Of a stretch of 39,875 nucleotides of DNA, positions 31,455-39,875 are shown in pieces. Below the pieces are notes generated by a model. It saw only the letters and a program-made list of their open reading frames with translations, had not been told where the DNA came from and ran no database searches. This stretch comes from a virus. Where the stretch lies: IMG/VR virus record IMGVR_UViG_3300023118_000004, positions 1-39,875 of that record. One strand, written 5' to 3'. The position numbers were made by a program, and so were the translations under genes. Within the stretch, counting starts at the first letter, position 1. The number at the start of each line of letters is the position of its first letter.

Positions 31455-33833
31455 TTATGGGTAAACTCTTATTTCTAAAGTAGCATTTGAATTTATAATA
31501 CCGTCAGTAGCCACCATTGAAGAATCCCAAGTTTTTAAAGCAATATCGTTGGTATTAACACGACTTGCCTGTAGTACTTTTACACCGGCATTAGATCCTC
31601 CTAAATCAAAATTAATATAAGTTTTGTTTAGAGTGAATACCCCTGTCGCTGTCAATGTGTAGAACCCTGTAGACGTATAGGCGTAAGTAGGCGTAATACC
31701 TAGTGTGTTTTCCAATACAGTCACCGTTGGCGCGCTTGTTCCTGATTGAGAAATTAAGGCTGTATATACTTTATATGGTCTTGAGTTTGCCAATACAAAA
31801 GCGGTCGTAGCAATTTGCGTAGTATTAGTTCCTGCTGTTGCAGTTGGCGCTGTAGGCGTTCCGGTTAATGCCGGGCTTGCTAGATCGGCTTTTAAATCTA
31901 ACTGTGATTTAATTACAACATGATTCGCAGTTACTCCGGCAATAGTAGATAAGTTACCAATAGGCAACGAAGCGTTTCCGTTTCTGGTTATTTCCATTAA
32001 AGCCGTACCGAATCTGGAAAACCTAAATGCCGGCGTTGTAAGGGTTGAATAATCCACATTTGTTCCCTGCCTTACATTTAGCTCCATATCCGGCAGAGGA
32101 TTTGTATTTGGTGTACCTGATATAATCTTTAATCCTGTGGCATCTGCTGATTTACTGAATATCGACGGAACTGTATTTGATGTGGCCGCATTTCCGTGCG
32201 CAATGCTTCCGGCTATTAAACTGTTTACATTCGCATTGTTACCGCTAGTGCCTGTAAAAATATCTAGTTTACTTATAGGAGAAACTGTGCTAATCCCTAA
32301 ACGTTTATTAGTGTTATCCCATATAAATCCGCTATCTCCCGTAACTGTACTTGCACTATTCCAAAAGGAAATATAACCGTTTGTTCCTGTTCCGGTAACA
32401 ATATTGGCAGGTATCATCTTTATAAAATCTTCGTACCTGGACGTGTATCCTATCGTTTCAAAATTTACATAGTCTTTTAGTCCATTGTAACCATTGTTAA
32501 TAGTTACTTTAGAATCTGATATACCTTTGTTTATCAACTCTTTTAAAGTGCTTTGGCTGTCAATCCTAAAAGAATAAAGCTCTGCTTCTTCAGTAAAAGT
32601 AGGCGTTCTGTTATGTGAACTTGCATCACATACAACTGATAAAATCCCTGTTCCGGACTTTATTAAACTAGGATACCCGTAAAATCTGTAATCCGAAGCT
32701 TTTGGTCTAGGAATATTATGCTTTAAAGAATATGCTGTCTGAGAACTATAAACAGCTTCTGCTTTTTGAGTGTAAACCCTGAGCATGTCATACATTTGAG
32801 AAGGGCTGTCTGCATGGGTTATTTTTCTTTCAGTGGTGACAACTATTAAATCGTCCGTAACACTATCATAAAGCATTCCAACTGGAGTGCCAACTGAATA
32901 ATTTAAATCACTCCATAAATTAGTAACGCCTTTGTAAGAGAAAGTAACACCGTCTGAAGAGTTATATTGATAAAAAGAAGGCTGTCCTGGGGTTGAATAA
33001 TCGTTATTTCTGGCAATAAGGATACTTTTACCTCCGGCAATATCTACTATTACGGGCTCTACTGCATTATTTGATATTGAATTTACTATTACTGAATTTG
33101 TAATAGATGTAAAGTTGTTTGTTGATTTGTAAAGCCTGAATTTATTTACTGCGGATTCTGTCAGATAAGATGCAAAATATACGTCAGAACCTCTTTTTAA
33201 TAACGTGCCAAAAGGGACCTCGTTAGTTATGGCGACGTTATTTTCTATTATTATATATGCGCCCCAAGTTGCGCCGTTGTCAGTACTTTTAACGTATCCA
33301 ATATCTACATGTGTGCTAGTATTCGCTTGATACCTCCTTAACACAACTACCACATCGTTATTTGGCAAAACCCCTAATACATAATTTCTATCATCATAAG
33401 CGTCATTAAATATAGAAAATTCCGCACCCCACGAAACGCCTTCGTCAGTGCTTATTTTTCCTGCCAAATATCCATCATTCCCAGTATGTAGAAAAGCCGT
33501 AGATTTTCTGTAAACCATTAAAATATTATTATTTGACAGCCTTGTAATATGCGGTTCGGAATTTGAAGATGTTTCCGGATCGTCTATTTCTTTGTACCCG
33601 TTAAAAAAACGACCTGTTAATTCTGCATTTGTATATCCGAAAATATTTACCGGATCTATTTTTGATACAGTAATACCATCTGCGTCGAATGCAGGCAAAA
33701 AATTAACACTTGTAACCGTTGCCGGAGTTTTAATTTTTAGCGTGTTTGTAGTTGTTGAATTGTAGGTTGGAGACTGCAATGTCTGTCCGTAACTCGATAC
33801 TGTAAGTAATAGTAAAAAAAGTATTTTTTTCAT
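31455..33833 (-). CDS. Tail fibre / receptor-binding protein with a BNR (sialidase-like) beta-propeller and a signal-peptide-like N-terminus
   Basis: Two perfect Asp-boxes, STDEGVSW (33429-33452) and STDNGATW (33264-33287), plus degenerate ones. A phage fibre motif 'ASPALTGTPTAPTATAGTNTTQIATTAFV' lies at 31794-31880. The N-terminus is 'MKKILFLLLLTVSSYGQ'. Confidence 0.7.
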   Translation of the reverse strand: MKKILFLLLLTVSSYGQTLQSPTYNSTTTNTLKIKTPATVTSVNFLPAFDADGITVSKIDPVNIFGYTNAELTGRFFNGYKEIDDPETSSNSEPHITRLSNNNILMVYRKSTAFLHTGNDGYLAGKISTDEGVSWGAEFSIFNDAYDDRNYVLGVLPNNDVVVVLRRYQANTSTHVDIGYVKSTDNGATWGAYIIIENNVAITNEVPFGTLLKRGSDVYFASYLTESAVNKFRLYKSTNNFTSITNSVIVNSISNNAVEPVIVDIAGGKSILIARNNDYSTPGQPSFYQYNSSDGVTFSYKGVTNLWSDLNYSVGTPVGMLYDSVTDDLIVVTTERKITHADSPSQMYDMLRVYTQKAEAVYSSQTAYSLKHNIPRPKASDYRFYGYPSLIKSGTGILSVVCDASSHNRTPTFTEEAELYSFRIDSQSTLKELINKGISDSKVTINNGYNGLKDYVNFETIGYTSRYEDFIKMIPANIVTGTGTNGYISFWNSASTVTGDSGFIWDNTNKRLGISTVSPISKLDIFTGTSGNNANVNSLIAGSIAHGNAATSNTVPSIFSKSADATGLKIISGTPNTNPLPDMELNVRQGTNVDYSTLTTPAFRFSRFGTALMEITRNGNASLPIGNLSTIAGVTANHVVIKSQLDLKADLASPALTGTPTAPTATAGTNTTQIATTAFVLANSRPYKVYTALISQSGTSAPTVTVLENTLGITPTYAYTSTGFYTLTATGVFTLNKTYINFDLGGSNAGVKVLQASRVNTNDIALKTWDSSMVATDGIINSNATLEIRVYP

Positions 33834-33835
33834 TT

Positions 33836-34450
33836 TTATATTGGTTTAATTATTGCGCCTGCATCAGGAGCGAATGTTAACGTTAAAATATTGCTTGCTT
33901 GCGACCAGTCCGCATCGTCTAAAGGCGCTCCGTTCCAAAAAACCATATTTGCTAATGCAGTTGTTGTTAAGTCAAAAGTTGTTTGTATTCCGTCCGCTGT
34001 AAACTGTCTTTTTGGGAAAGAAGATACAGCAATAGAAGCGCTGTCTATAGCCAATTCTACTCTAGCAGGATTGTCGATGTCACTGGGCAAACTAACAGGC
34101 AAATACAAAATTGTTCCAACAACGTACCTATTCCCAATCCATCCCCTGAATTTATCTCCAACCTCCCAATCTAATGGCGTTGTTTTTCCTGCTAAAAGTA
34201 CATAAAAACCCTCTATAACAGTTTCTAATCCGTTTGAAACGTTGTTTCCTCCAATTCCAATCCAATTAGAATTAGTAACTCCTCCAATTAATAAATAAAG
34301 CGTTTGAGTCTGCTCTACGAAACATTGAAGCCCTTGAAATCTACGAGTTAAAGAAATGGCATCACGTTCTGAAATAGTCGGTTTCCTTATCCTATCATCA
34401 ATAGGCAGACCTGCCAAAAGTTGAAAATTATCATTTATCTGCTGTGCCAT
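33836..34450 (-). CDS. Tail fibre-associated / baseplate protein
   Basis: 204 aa. The N-terminal 'GLPIDDRIRKPTISERDAI...LYLLIGGVTNSNW' resembles the N-terminal modules of phage fibre or spike proteins. Confidence 0.4.
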   Translation of the reverse strand: MAQQINDNFQLLAGLPIDDRIRKPTISERDAISLTRRFQGLQCFVEQTQTLYLLIGGVTNSNWIGIGGNNVSNGLETVIEGFYVLLAGKTTPLDWEVGDKFRGWIGNRYVVGTILYLPVSLPSDIDNPARVELAIDSASIAVSSFPKRQFTADGIQTTFDLTTTALANMVFWNGAPLDDADWSQASNILTLTFAPDAGAIIKPI

Positions 34451-37400
34451 TATTGAATATAATAAGTTAGTAAGAAATCTTCAAATTCACTTGTAACAAA
34501 GTTTTGTCTTAAAACCCTGTAAAGATAACCATTTATTGTAACGTCTGCAATATAAGTAAAACTGCTTATTATCTGACTCTGATACGAATTACTTATTTGA
34601 ACTACACTGCCTAAACTAGCTAAATGAAGAAAGTAAATATATTTGCCACCCATATTGTCATATGATACCTGAACCTGTCCTATTGATTCGTCTTCAAACG
34701 TAACGGTGTAATCAGTAAAATTATCAGTGTCATAAATTTCAATATCTGTTCCCCAAAAATATTTACTCGGTTCTCCTATAGGGCACATTGTTAAATTTTC
34801 TCCAGAATCCTGCCACCTGTAATCTCCAAAACTGTCAGAATTTGAATTTCTGTCCTGTGTTTCGTATTCTGCTTGTCCTGTGTTTAATCCTGATGAATCT
34901 TTAACGCATCGTACATTTCCTGTTTCTTCCCATAAAGGATCTAAAGTATCTCCGTTTGTAATTCCTCCAGGAGCAATAGTATCATTACTTATCTGTGCCA
35001 AAGTACAATCTTCCCAATATCCTCTCTTTTCGTTTTTAGAACCTCTAAGCATTATGAATTTTAATCCGGGCAGATGATCGAACGAAATGATATCACCATA
35101 CTTGTATACAACTGATTTAAAATCACAATCTAATAATCGATTAGGTTTGTAATATTGTTGCATTATTGATTTACACAATATCATTCCGATATCCGTTTTG
35201 CCAAAAGCGTTGTTAAATGTGTCCCATTTGTTTCTGCCTGTTGTATTAGTAAGAACTTTAATCCCAGATACAATTTCAGGGTCAATAGTATCTCCATTGT
35301 AAATGCGTATAGGGTCTTCTTGAAAAGTATAATTTACATCACCATTAGCATAAATATAATCTGTTTTAGGCACCTCTTCATCCGGATCAGGTATATACCC
35401 AAAATCCAACCCCGTAAATTGAGGTCGTGGAACAGCGCCCATGTTACTAACGGTTGGGTATTTACTGTCTACCATTTTTCCATCTTTTGGCTCTTTTACA
35501 TTAAAAGCAGGAAATGTATTAGAAATCTTTCCTTTAGTACAATCTAAACCGTGTATTTGAAAATCTATCCTGCCCAAATTAGGAGGTGGCTGAACTTTTA
35601 AGTTAAAATCATACCACTTATGATTAGACTTCTCTGATGGTACCCAGTTAGTTCCGTTTGACGGTACCGTATGAAAATACCCTCTTAAATTTATACTATT
35701 TACTATTCCAAAAATACCGCCATTACTAACCTCTATTGTTGTTTTTGTCCATTCTAAATCATAATCTTCGCTTAGTGAGTTACTTAAATAGAAAACATCC
35801 ATCTTAGTTCCGTTTACAATAGGAATGGAGGGATATAAAACCGCTTTGAAAACTGGATAATATATGGTTTGGCTGTTCAAAGAACTTATATAAATGTATT
35901 TAACCCATCCTCTCAAAGTAAGCGCGCTTACTTTTTGGTCTATTGTTATATCTGTTTGAGCAAACGAAGACCATACGGCAGGGTTTGGATCGGTACCCGC
36001 TGTGTTTGCTCCTCCGTACTGAATATGCATTTCTAATGCGTTCGTGTTTCCTCCTGTTTTTATTACGCTTGCAGGATCTAAATCGATAACTCTGCCTCTA
36101 GGAAACATTTTGCTGTCAATATCTCTTTGTCTTTCCCAAAATGGAGGGGCTTCCAATTGTCCATACTGAGTAAAAGGAAGTGCAAAATCACCGTTTTGAA
36201 GTAAATTAATAGGACTGTCCCCAACGCGAATAAAAGTGTAATCATAATTAACCCTGAATTGCTTGTAGACTTGATCCATTCTAATCTCTGCATCATTGTC
36301 TTTAAGAAAAACATCCTTATCTGAACAAGGGATAATCGTGCCTAAATCTGCCAATTCTCTGCCTAAATATCCGGCAGTATTGTTGTACTTTTTCCAATAA
36401 TAGTCGTCTACTGCTGACTCATAAGATTTAACACTTCTAACTATTCCTCCCGAATCGATATAAAGCAGTTTGTCCAGTCCTTTTATTAAATAATACCCTT
36501 CTTCAGCAGATCCTGTAAAGGTATCATTAAATGCGCTGTCATTCATTCCAATAGTATTGTAATAAGAAAGAAAGAAAACAGTAGTGTCAAAGTTTATATT
36601 TTCGTTTTCCGAATAATACGCTTCATATTTCCATAATTGCCCATAGATAGAAGGAACCGGATTTGTGCCAATGTAAGGATCGGTATCTGTATTGTACGGA
36701 TTAGCAATAACGCTGTCGGCATGTATGCTTTTAAATCTCCAAACTCCATTTTGCTGATAAATACGAGACCCCCATATATTGCAAATGTTTTCTATAATTT
36801 TTTTACAGTCCCAAGCCTCGTTTACATCTTCAAAATAAGCAATATCCTCTCTATCGGTGTCGTTTATGTATGTTTTTACATTTACGTATGATATTGCTAA
36901 AGGGTCTGAGTCTCTGGTATTCGTTTTAAGCAAAAGCATTGTCTGCTCGTAATAATCTACAAGTGTCCATAAATCAATGCCTAAATCCAATTTTCTAAGT
37001 ATTTCGGTAAGTATTAAAATAAATGGAAATTCAGCACCATTATTATAGCCAAAATCCTGAACACCGTAAAACTGGTTATTATCTGTTTTAAACAATATTC
37101 CTTCCAAAGTGGACAATCCGTCTCTAGCTGTTAAAGAGGCGTCATAAAAACCTCCTTTTAAGTTGTAATCAAATCCCTCTGGAATAATAAAACCGCACCA
37201 TTCTAAAACCGAATCTATTTTATATTCAACTTTGAATGTACGCTCATTACTTGTCCATAATTCTTCAAGGCTCAAAACAGCATCATTAAAAACTAAATTA
37301 ATGGTCGCTTCGCTTTCTATAATAGCTTTAAATTTGAAATCGTCACTATTGTCATATGCAATAATAAAGGGTTCTGCCTGCCCAACCAATTCTATAGACG

Positions 37401-37491
37401 ATCCTGCGAAGTTATCCTGCATAATCGAAACCCTGCATTGTTTGCCTTCAGGATTGCAAAAAGATATAAAATATTTTTCAGTATATGCCAT
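34450..37491 (-). CDS. Large distal tail / baseplate protein (Dit/Tal position)
   Basis: 1013 aa immediately downstream of the tape measure with an ATGA-type junction. I recognised no catalytic motif. Confidence 0.55.
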   Translation of the reverse strand: MAYTEKYFISFCNPEGKQCRVSIMQDNFAGSSIELVGQAEPFIIAYDNSDDFKFKAIIESEATINLVFNDAVLSLEELWTSNERTFKVEYKIDSVLEWCGFIIPEGFDYNLKGGFYDASLTARDGLSTLEGILFKTDNNQFYGVQDFGYNNGAEFPFILILTEILRKLDLGIDLWTLVDYYEQTMLLLKTNTRDSDPLAISYVNVKTYINDTDREDIAYFEDVNEAWDCKKIIENICNIWGSRIYQQNGVWRFKSIHADSVIANPYNTDTDPYIGTNPVPSIYGQLWKYEAYYSENENINFDTTVFFLSYYNTIGMNDSAFNDTFTGSAEEGYYLIKGLDKLLYIDSGGIVRSVKSYESAVDDYYWKKYNNTAGYLGRELADLGTIIPCSDKDVFLKDNDAEIRMDQVYKQFRVNYDYTFIRVGDSPINLLQNGDFALPFTQYGQLEAPPFWERQRDIDSKMFPRGRVIDLDPASVIKTGGNTNALEMHIQYGGANTAGTDPNPAVWSSFAQTDITIDQKVSALTLRGWVKYIYISSLNSQTIYYPVFKAVLYPSIPIVNGTKMDVFYLSNSLSEDYDLEWTKTTIEVSNGGIFGIVNSINLRGYFHTVPSNGTNWVPSEKSNHKWYDFNLKVQPPPNLGRIDFQIHGLDCTKGKISNTFPAFNVKEPKDGKMVDSKYPTVSNMGAVPRPQFTGLDFGYIPDPDEEVPKTDYIYANGDVNYTFQEDPIRIYNGDTIDPEIVSGIKVLTNTTGRNKWDTFNNAFGKTDIGMILCKSIMQQYYKPNRLLDCDFKSVVYKYGDIISFDHLPGLKFIMLRGSKNEKRGYWEDCTLAQISNDTIAPGGITNGDTLDPLWEETGNVRCVKDSSGLNTGQAEYETQDRNSNSDSFGDYRWQDSGENLTMCPIGEPSKYFWGTDIEIYDTDNFTDYTVTFEDESIGQVQVSYDNMGGKYIYFLHLASLGSVVQISNSYQSQIISSFTYIADVTINGYLYRVLRQNFVTSEFEDFLLTYYIQ

Positions 37492-39497
37492 TATCTGCTT
37501 TTTTCTTCTCGTTTAAGTAAAAGTAGTAAATCTGATCCTCTTAACTTAGTTTCGGCTATTAAATTATAACTTTTCTGATTTCCCTGTAATGAATTAGAGT
37601 TCCCATTTGCAATCGCCATTAACGTGTTTGCTTGTTGCTGACTATTCATCACCGCCTCTCCACTGTTAAGCATTGCCGGAATTTTATCGCCTGTATAAGA
37701 TCCTCCTGGAACAATACCGCCGTGCGCGAATTTAATTCCAGAAAATGCAGCAGCTATAAATCCGATTGCCGCACCTACTAAAGCAGGTAAAACAAATGCG
37801 GCCGCGGGTCCTGTTGCGGCTGCTGTGGAAGTTGCCGCTGTTACTGCATTTCCTGTTGATACTGCGGCGTTTGTAGCGATACTACTTGTAGCAACAGCTT
37901 GCTGGGCCACAAGTCCCGCTAATTGCGCGGCCACTACTTCTGCAAGCCCCTGAATAACACTGCCTACAAATGCATCTAGAGCACTATTTCCCGTTTCTAA
38001 AGACCGTGATAAACTACCTGCTAAAGAGTCTATTGCTGAACTCGCGCCATTGGCAAATATCTCCGTATCTTTTTTAGCCTGTTTTAACTTATCTGCATAT
38101 TGCTGAAATTCAGCACCACTTGTAACCGCTTGCAGAGGTATGTTTAATAATATTGGTTCTGTTTTTAGTTTAGTAAGATCAGCACTTAGGCTGTCTCGCA
38201 TAATTTTAAGAATCTTATCATTCTGATCGTCTGTTGACTCTATAGGCGTCAGTTTTGGAACGGCATATACTTTTGGAGTTACATCTTCTTTTTTTGGTTT
38301 TGATGCCTTTACGACCTTGTCTTTTTCCTGTAAAAGTAAGATGCTGTCTTTTACAGCCTGATTCTCTCTTTCTGAATATTTTTTAGACGATGTATCTAAT
38401 TCTTTTATTTCAGATACTATGTCCTTATATGCTTTTAAAGCCACTTGCAAATCTAAAGCATTGAAAGATCCGCTAAATGTTCCCTTATCTTCTTTTGCTC
38501 CTTTTTGCGCTTTTTGAATATCTAATATTGCCTGTTCCCTTTTTTCTTCTAAATCTAATCTTTTAGCGGCGTTTTCGCCTAGTTTACCCGCTATAGCCGA
38601 GGCTCTTGCTCTGGCGATTAAGGCCTTTGAAACATCGTCAACAGCCGTAGCAACGTTTCCGTTTAAGATTTGTTCCTTAGTTAAGTTTCCAAAATAAGCA
38701 GGGTATTCACTTTGAAGTTTTTTTACAGCTAAAAGTCTTTTTTCGGTAGACAAAGTAACATCGGATGCGGCCGAAACAAGCCCTTTAATAGAGGCTATTT
38801 CTTCTCCTGCTGTTTTAGCTGCTTCTTTGTTTATCTCAGTTAAAGCTTTCGCGTTTTCATCAAATTTACCAGTAAGAATATCAAATACATCGCCAACGGA
38901 AAGCCCTTTTTGAGCCATATAAGTAAGCCCTGTGGTAACTAAAGAAACCGCAAGCAAAATACCTCCGCTACCAAGCATAGACGAAGCTACCGCTTTTAAC
39001 GCGGCGCCAGTACTCCCTGTAGATTTCTGTAAGTGTCCAAATGCCTCAACAGTTGCTGTGATATTGTTTCCAATACCCATTATTCCGAATGGCGCGTCCT
39101 GTGCAATACGAGAGAATTGGGTTAACGCATTGCTTCCGTCAGCAGTTTTTTTGGATAACGCACCAAAACCACCGCCTAAATCTTTTTGCTCACGTTTTAA
39201 GTTAGCTAATTCTTTTCGTAAATTTTGGGTAGTTACCGCGGTTTCTTTTTCGTCACGCTTAAGGTTATCTAATCCTTTCTGATATTCTTTTTGGGAAATA
39301 GCACCTTTTTTAAACTCAGAATTAAGATCAGCAACAGCCTTTTTATAACCATTAGTTACGGATATATTTTCTTTTAATTCAGCCGATGTTTTTTCAATGG
39401 ATGAAGTGTATTCAGCTTGTAGTTTTTTAGCCTCGTTTAGAGATTTTTCCAAGCCGGAAATATCACCGACAATTTGCATTTCTAATACGTTAGGCAT
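37491..39497 (-). CDS. Tape measure protein
   Basis: 668 aa. The N-terminal two-thirds is a long coiled-coil and the C-terminal segment is Ala/Gly/Thr-rich and hydrophobic. It lies downstream of the G/GT chaperone pair. Confidence 0.85.
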   Translation of the reverse strand: MPNVLEMQIVGDISGLEKSLNEAKKLQAEYTSSIEKTSAELKENISVTNGYKKAVADLNSEFKKGAISQKEYQKGLDNLKRDEKETAVTTQNLRKELANLKREQKDLGGGFGALSKKTADGSNALTQFSRIAQDAPFGIMGIGNNITATVEAFGHLQKSTGSTGAALKAVASSMLGSGGILLAVSLVTTGLTYMAQKGLSVGDVFDILTGKFDENAKALTEINKEAAKTAGEEIASIKGLVSAASDVTLSTEKRLLAVKKLQSEYPAYFGNLTKEQILNGNVATAVDDVSKALIARARASAIAGKLGENAAKRLDLEEKREQAILDIQKAQKGAKEDKGTFSGSFNALDLQVALKAYKDIVSEIKELDTSSKKYSERENQAVKDSILLLQEKDKVVKASKPKKEDVTPKVYAVPKLTPIESTDDQNDKILKIMRDSLSADLTKLKTEPILLNIPLQAVTSGAEFQQYADKLKQAKKDTEIFANGASSAIDSLAGSLSRSLETGNSALDAFVGSVIQGLAEVVAAQLAGLVAQQAVATSSIATNAAVSTGNAVTAATSTAAATGPAAAFVLPALVGAAIGFIAAAFSGIKFAHGGIVPGGSYTGDKIPAMLNSGEAVMNSQQQANTLMAIANGNSNSLQGNQKSYNLIAETKLRGSDLLLLLKREEKSR

Positions 39498-39741
39498 CTT
39501 TTTTAAGTTGTTTAAAAATTTCTAAAGCACGAGCATCACTAATTTTGCTCATTTGTTTGTCGCTAGGCAACGGCATCCATTTAGTTATTGGAGGCAGTTT
39601 ATGTTTTGTTTTAACCGTAGAAGCGGTAGTGTATGCGATTAATCTGGTCTGCTCTAATCCTTTATAATATTTATTCATATAGCCGTTACAGGCATAATGA
39701 AACTCTAAAGGACTCATACAGTAATATTCATGTGGTGTCAA
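39490..39741 (-). CDS. T extension of the tail assembly chaperone (reached by a -1 frameshift from 17-406 across the junction)
   Basis: This frame is open upstream as far as the A9 run at 39798-39806. It has no ATG of its own (the ORF track uses TTG). It overlaps the tape measure start by 8 nt. Confidence 0.65.
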   Translation of the reverse strand: MTPHEYYCMSPLEFHYACNGYMNKYYKGLEQTRLIAYTTASTVKTKHKLPPITKWMPLPSDKQMSKISDARALEIFKQLKKDA

Positions 39742-39748
39742 TCCAAGT

Positions 39749-39875
39749 TCGCCAAATGCAAACTCTAAACTGTCGCTTTCTTTATATTCTTCACTGCTTT
39801 TTTTTTAGTAGTATCTTTAGGTAAATTAATTCCCATATGCTCCTTAAAAACTTCAAAAACTTCTAACCATACTGG
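39749..39875. repeat. Terminal direct repeat, copy B (identical to 1-127)
   Basis: Exact 127-nt match to the window start. It duplicates the 3' end of the chaperone gene, including the slippery run. Confidence 0.9.

Noticed and set aside
675-39824. ORF-track entries antisense to, or in an alternate frame within, long well-supported genes: 675-887, 903-1121, 1906-2088, 3520-3843, 9507-9695, 11325-11513, 14232-14507, 16824-17024, 18043-18315, 20066-20353, 23995-24297, 26220-26522, 27338-27562, 28416-28616, 29334-29705, 30689-30871, 32137-32376, 33891-34205, 33983-34174, 34880-35077, 35320-35547, 36078-36314, 36637-36891, 37232-37516, 38932-39282, 39633-39824.
   Set aside because: Each lies wholly inside, or mostly overlaps, a gene with recognisable motifs or operon context. 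The translations are low-complexity (Phe/Ile/Leu/Ser-rich), as expected from reverse or off-frame reading of AT-rich coding DNA.
1-39875. Alternative genetic code or stop-codon reassignment, as seen in some Bacteroidota-infecting phages.
   Set aside because: All large structural genes (terL, portal, capsid, tape measure, 1013-aa tail protein, fibre) are intact uninterrupted ORFs under the standard code.
1-39875. A lysogeny module (integrase, CI/Cro switch, att site), CRISPR arrays or transposable elements.
   Set aside because: I found no tyrosine or serine recombinase motifs, no divergent repressor pair, no spaced repeat arrays and no IS-type inverted repeats. The small Xis/MerR-like HTH at 20754-20906 alone is not evidence of temperate behaviour.

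Overview
The window is a complete tailed-phage genome of about 39,748 unique bp. Bases 1-127 are repeated exactly at 39749-39875, so the contig closes on itself. It is AT-rich, and every gene is on the minus strand except one cassette.

Reading down the minus strand and wrapping through the junction, the order is:
- an early block of many small ORFs (29009 to 21164), containing a recombination module (YqaJ-like exonuclease, DUF3127-type SSB), a YopX protein, an acyl carrier protein and a minimal CCA-adding-like nucleotidyltransferase
- a replication block (DUF4373 initiator-like protein, RecA-fold ATPase, RusA, a short C5 DNA methyltransferase)
- an envelope 'moron' group (LuxR-type HTH, secreted protein, small outer-membrane beta-barrel)
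- an HK97-type packaging and head module (TerS, TerL, portal, MuF-like, protease, major capsid)
- head-tail joining genes, major tail protein and a G/GT chaperone pair with a -1 frameshift site that straddles the contig junction
- tape measure, a 1013-aa tail protein and a tail fibre carrying a BNR/sialidase-like propeller
- a lysis cassette (three membrane proteins, muramidase, u-spanin-like lipoprotein).

The head module is interrupted between MuF and the protease by an accessory island of about 4.5 kb. It holds three GT-A glycosyltransferase domains in two genes, two non-canonical tRNA-like genes and a seven-gene translationally coupled plus-strand operon.

Several features point to a Bacteroidota (Flavobacteriia-like) host: repeated TAnnTTTG -7 promoter boxes, no Shine-Dalgarno sequences, and the DUF3127 and DUF4373 gene content. 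I saw no integrase, repressor or CRISPR array.

All protein family calls come from motif recognition by eye. No database search was run.
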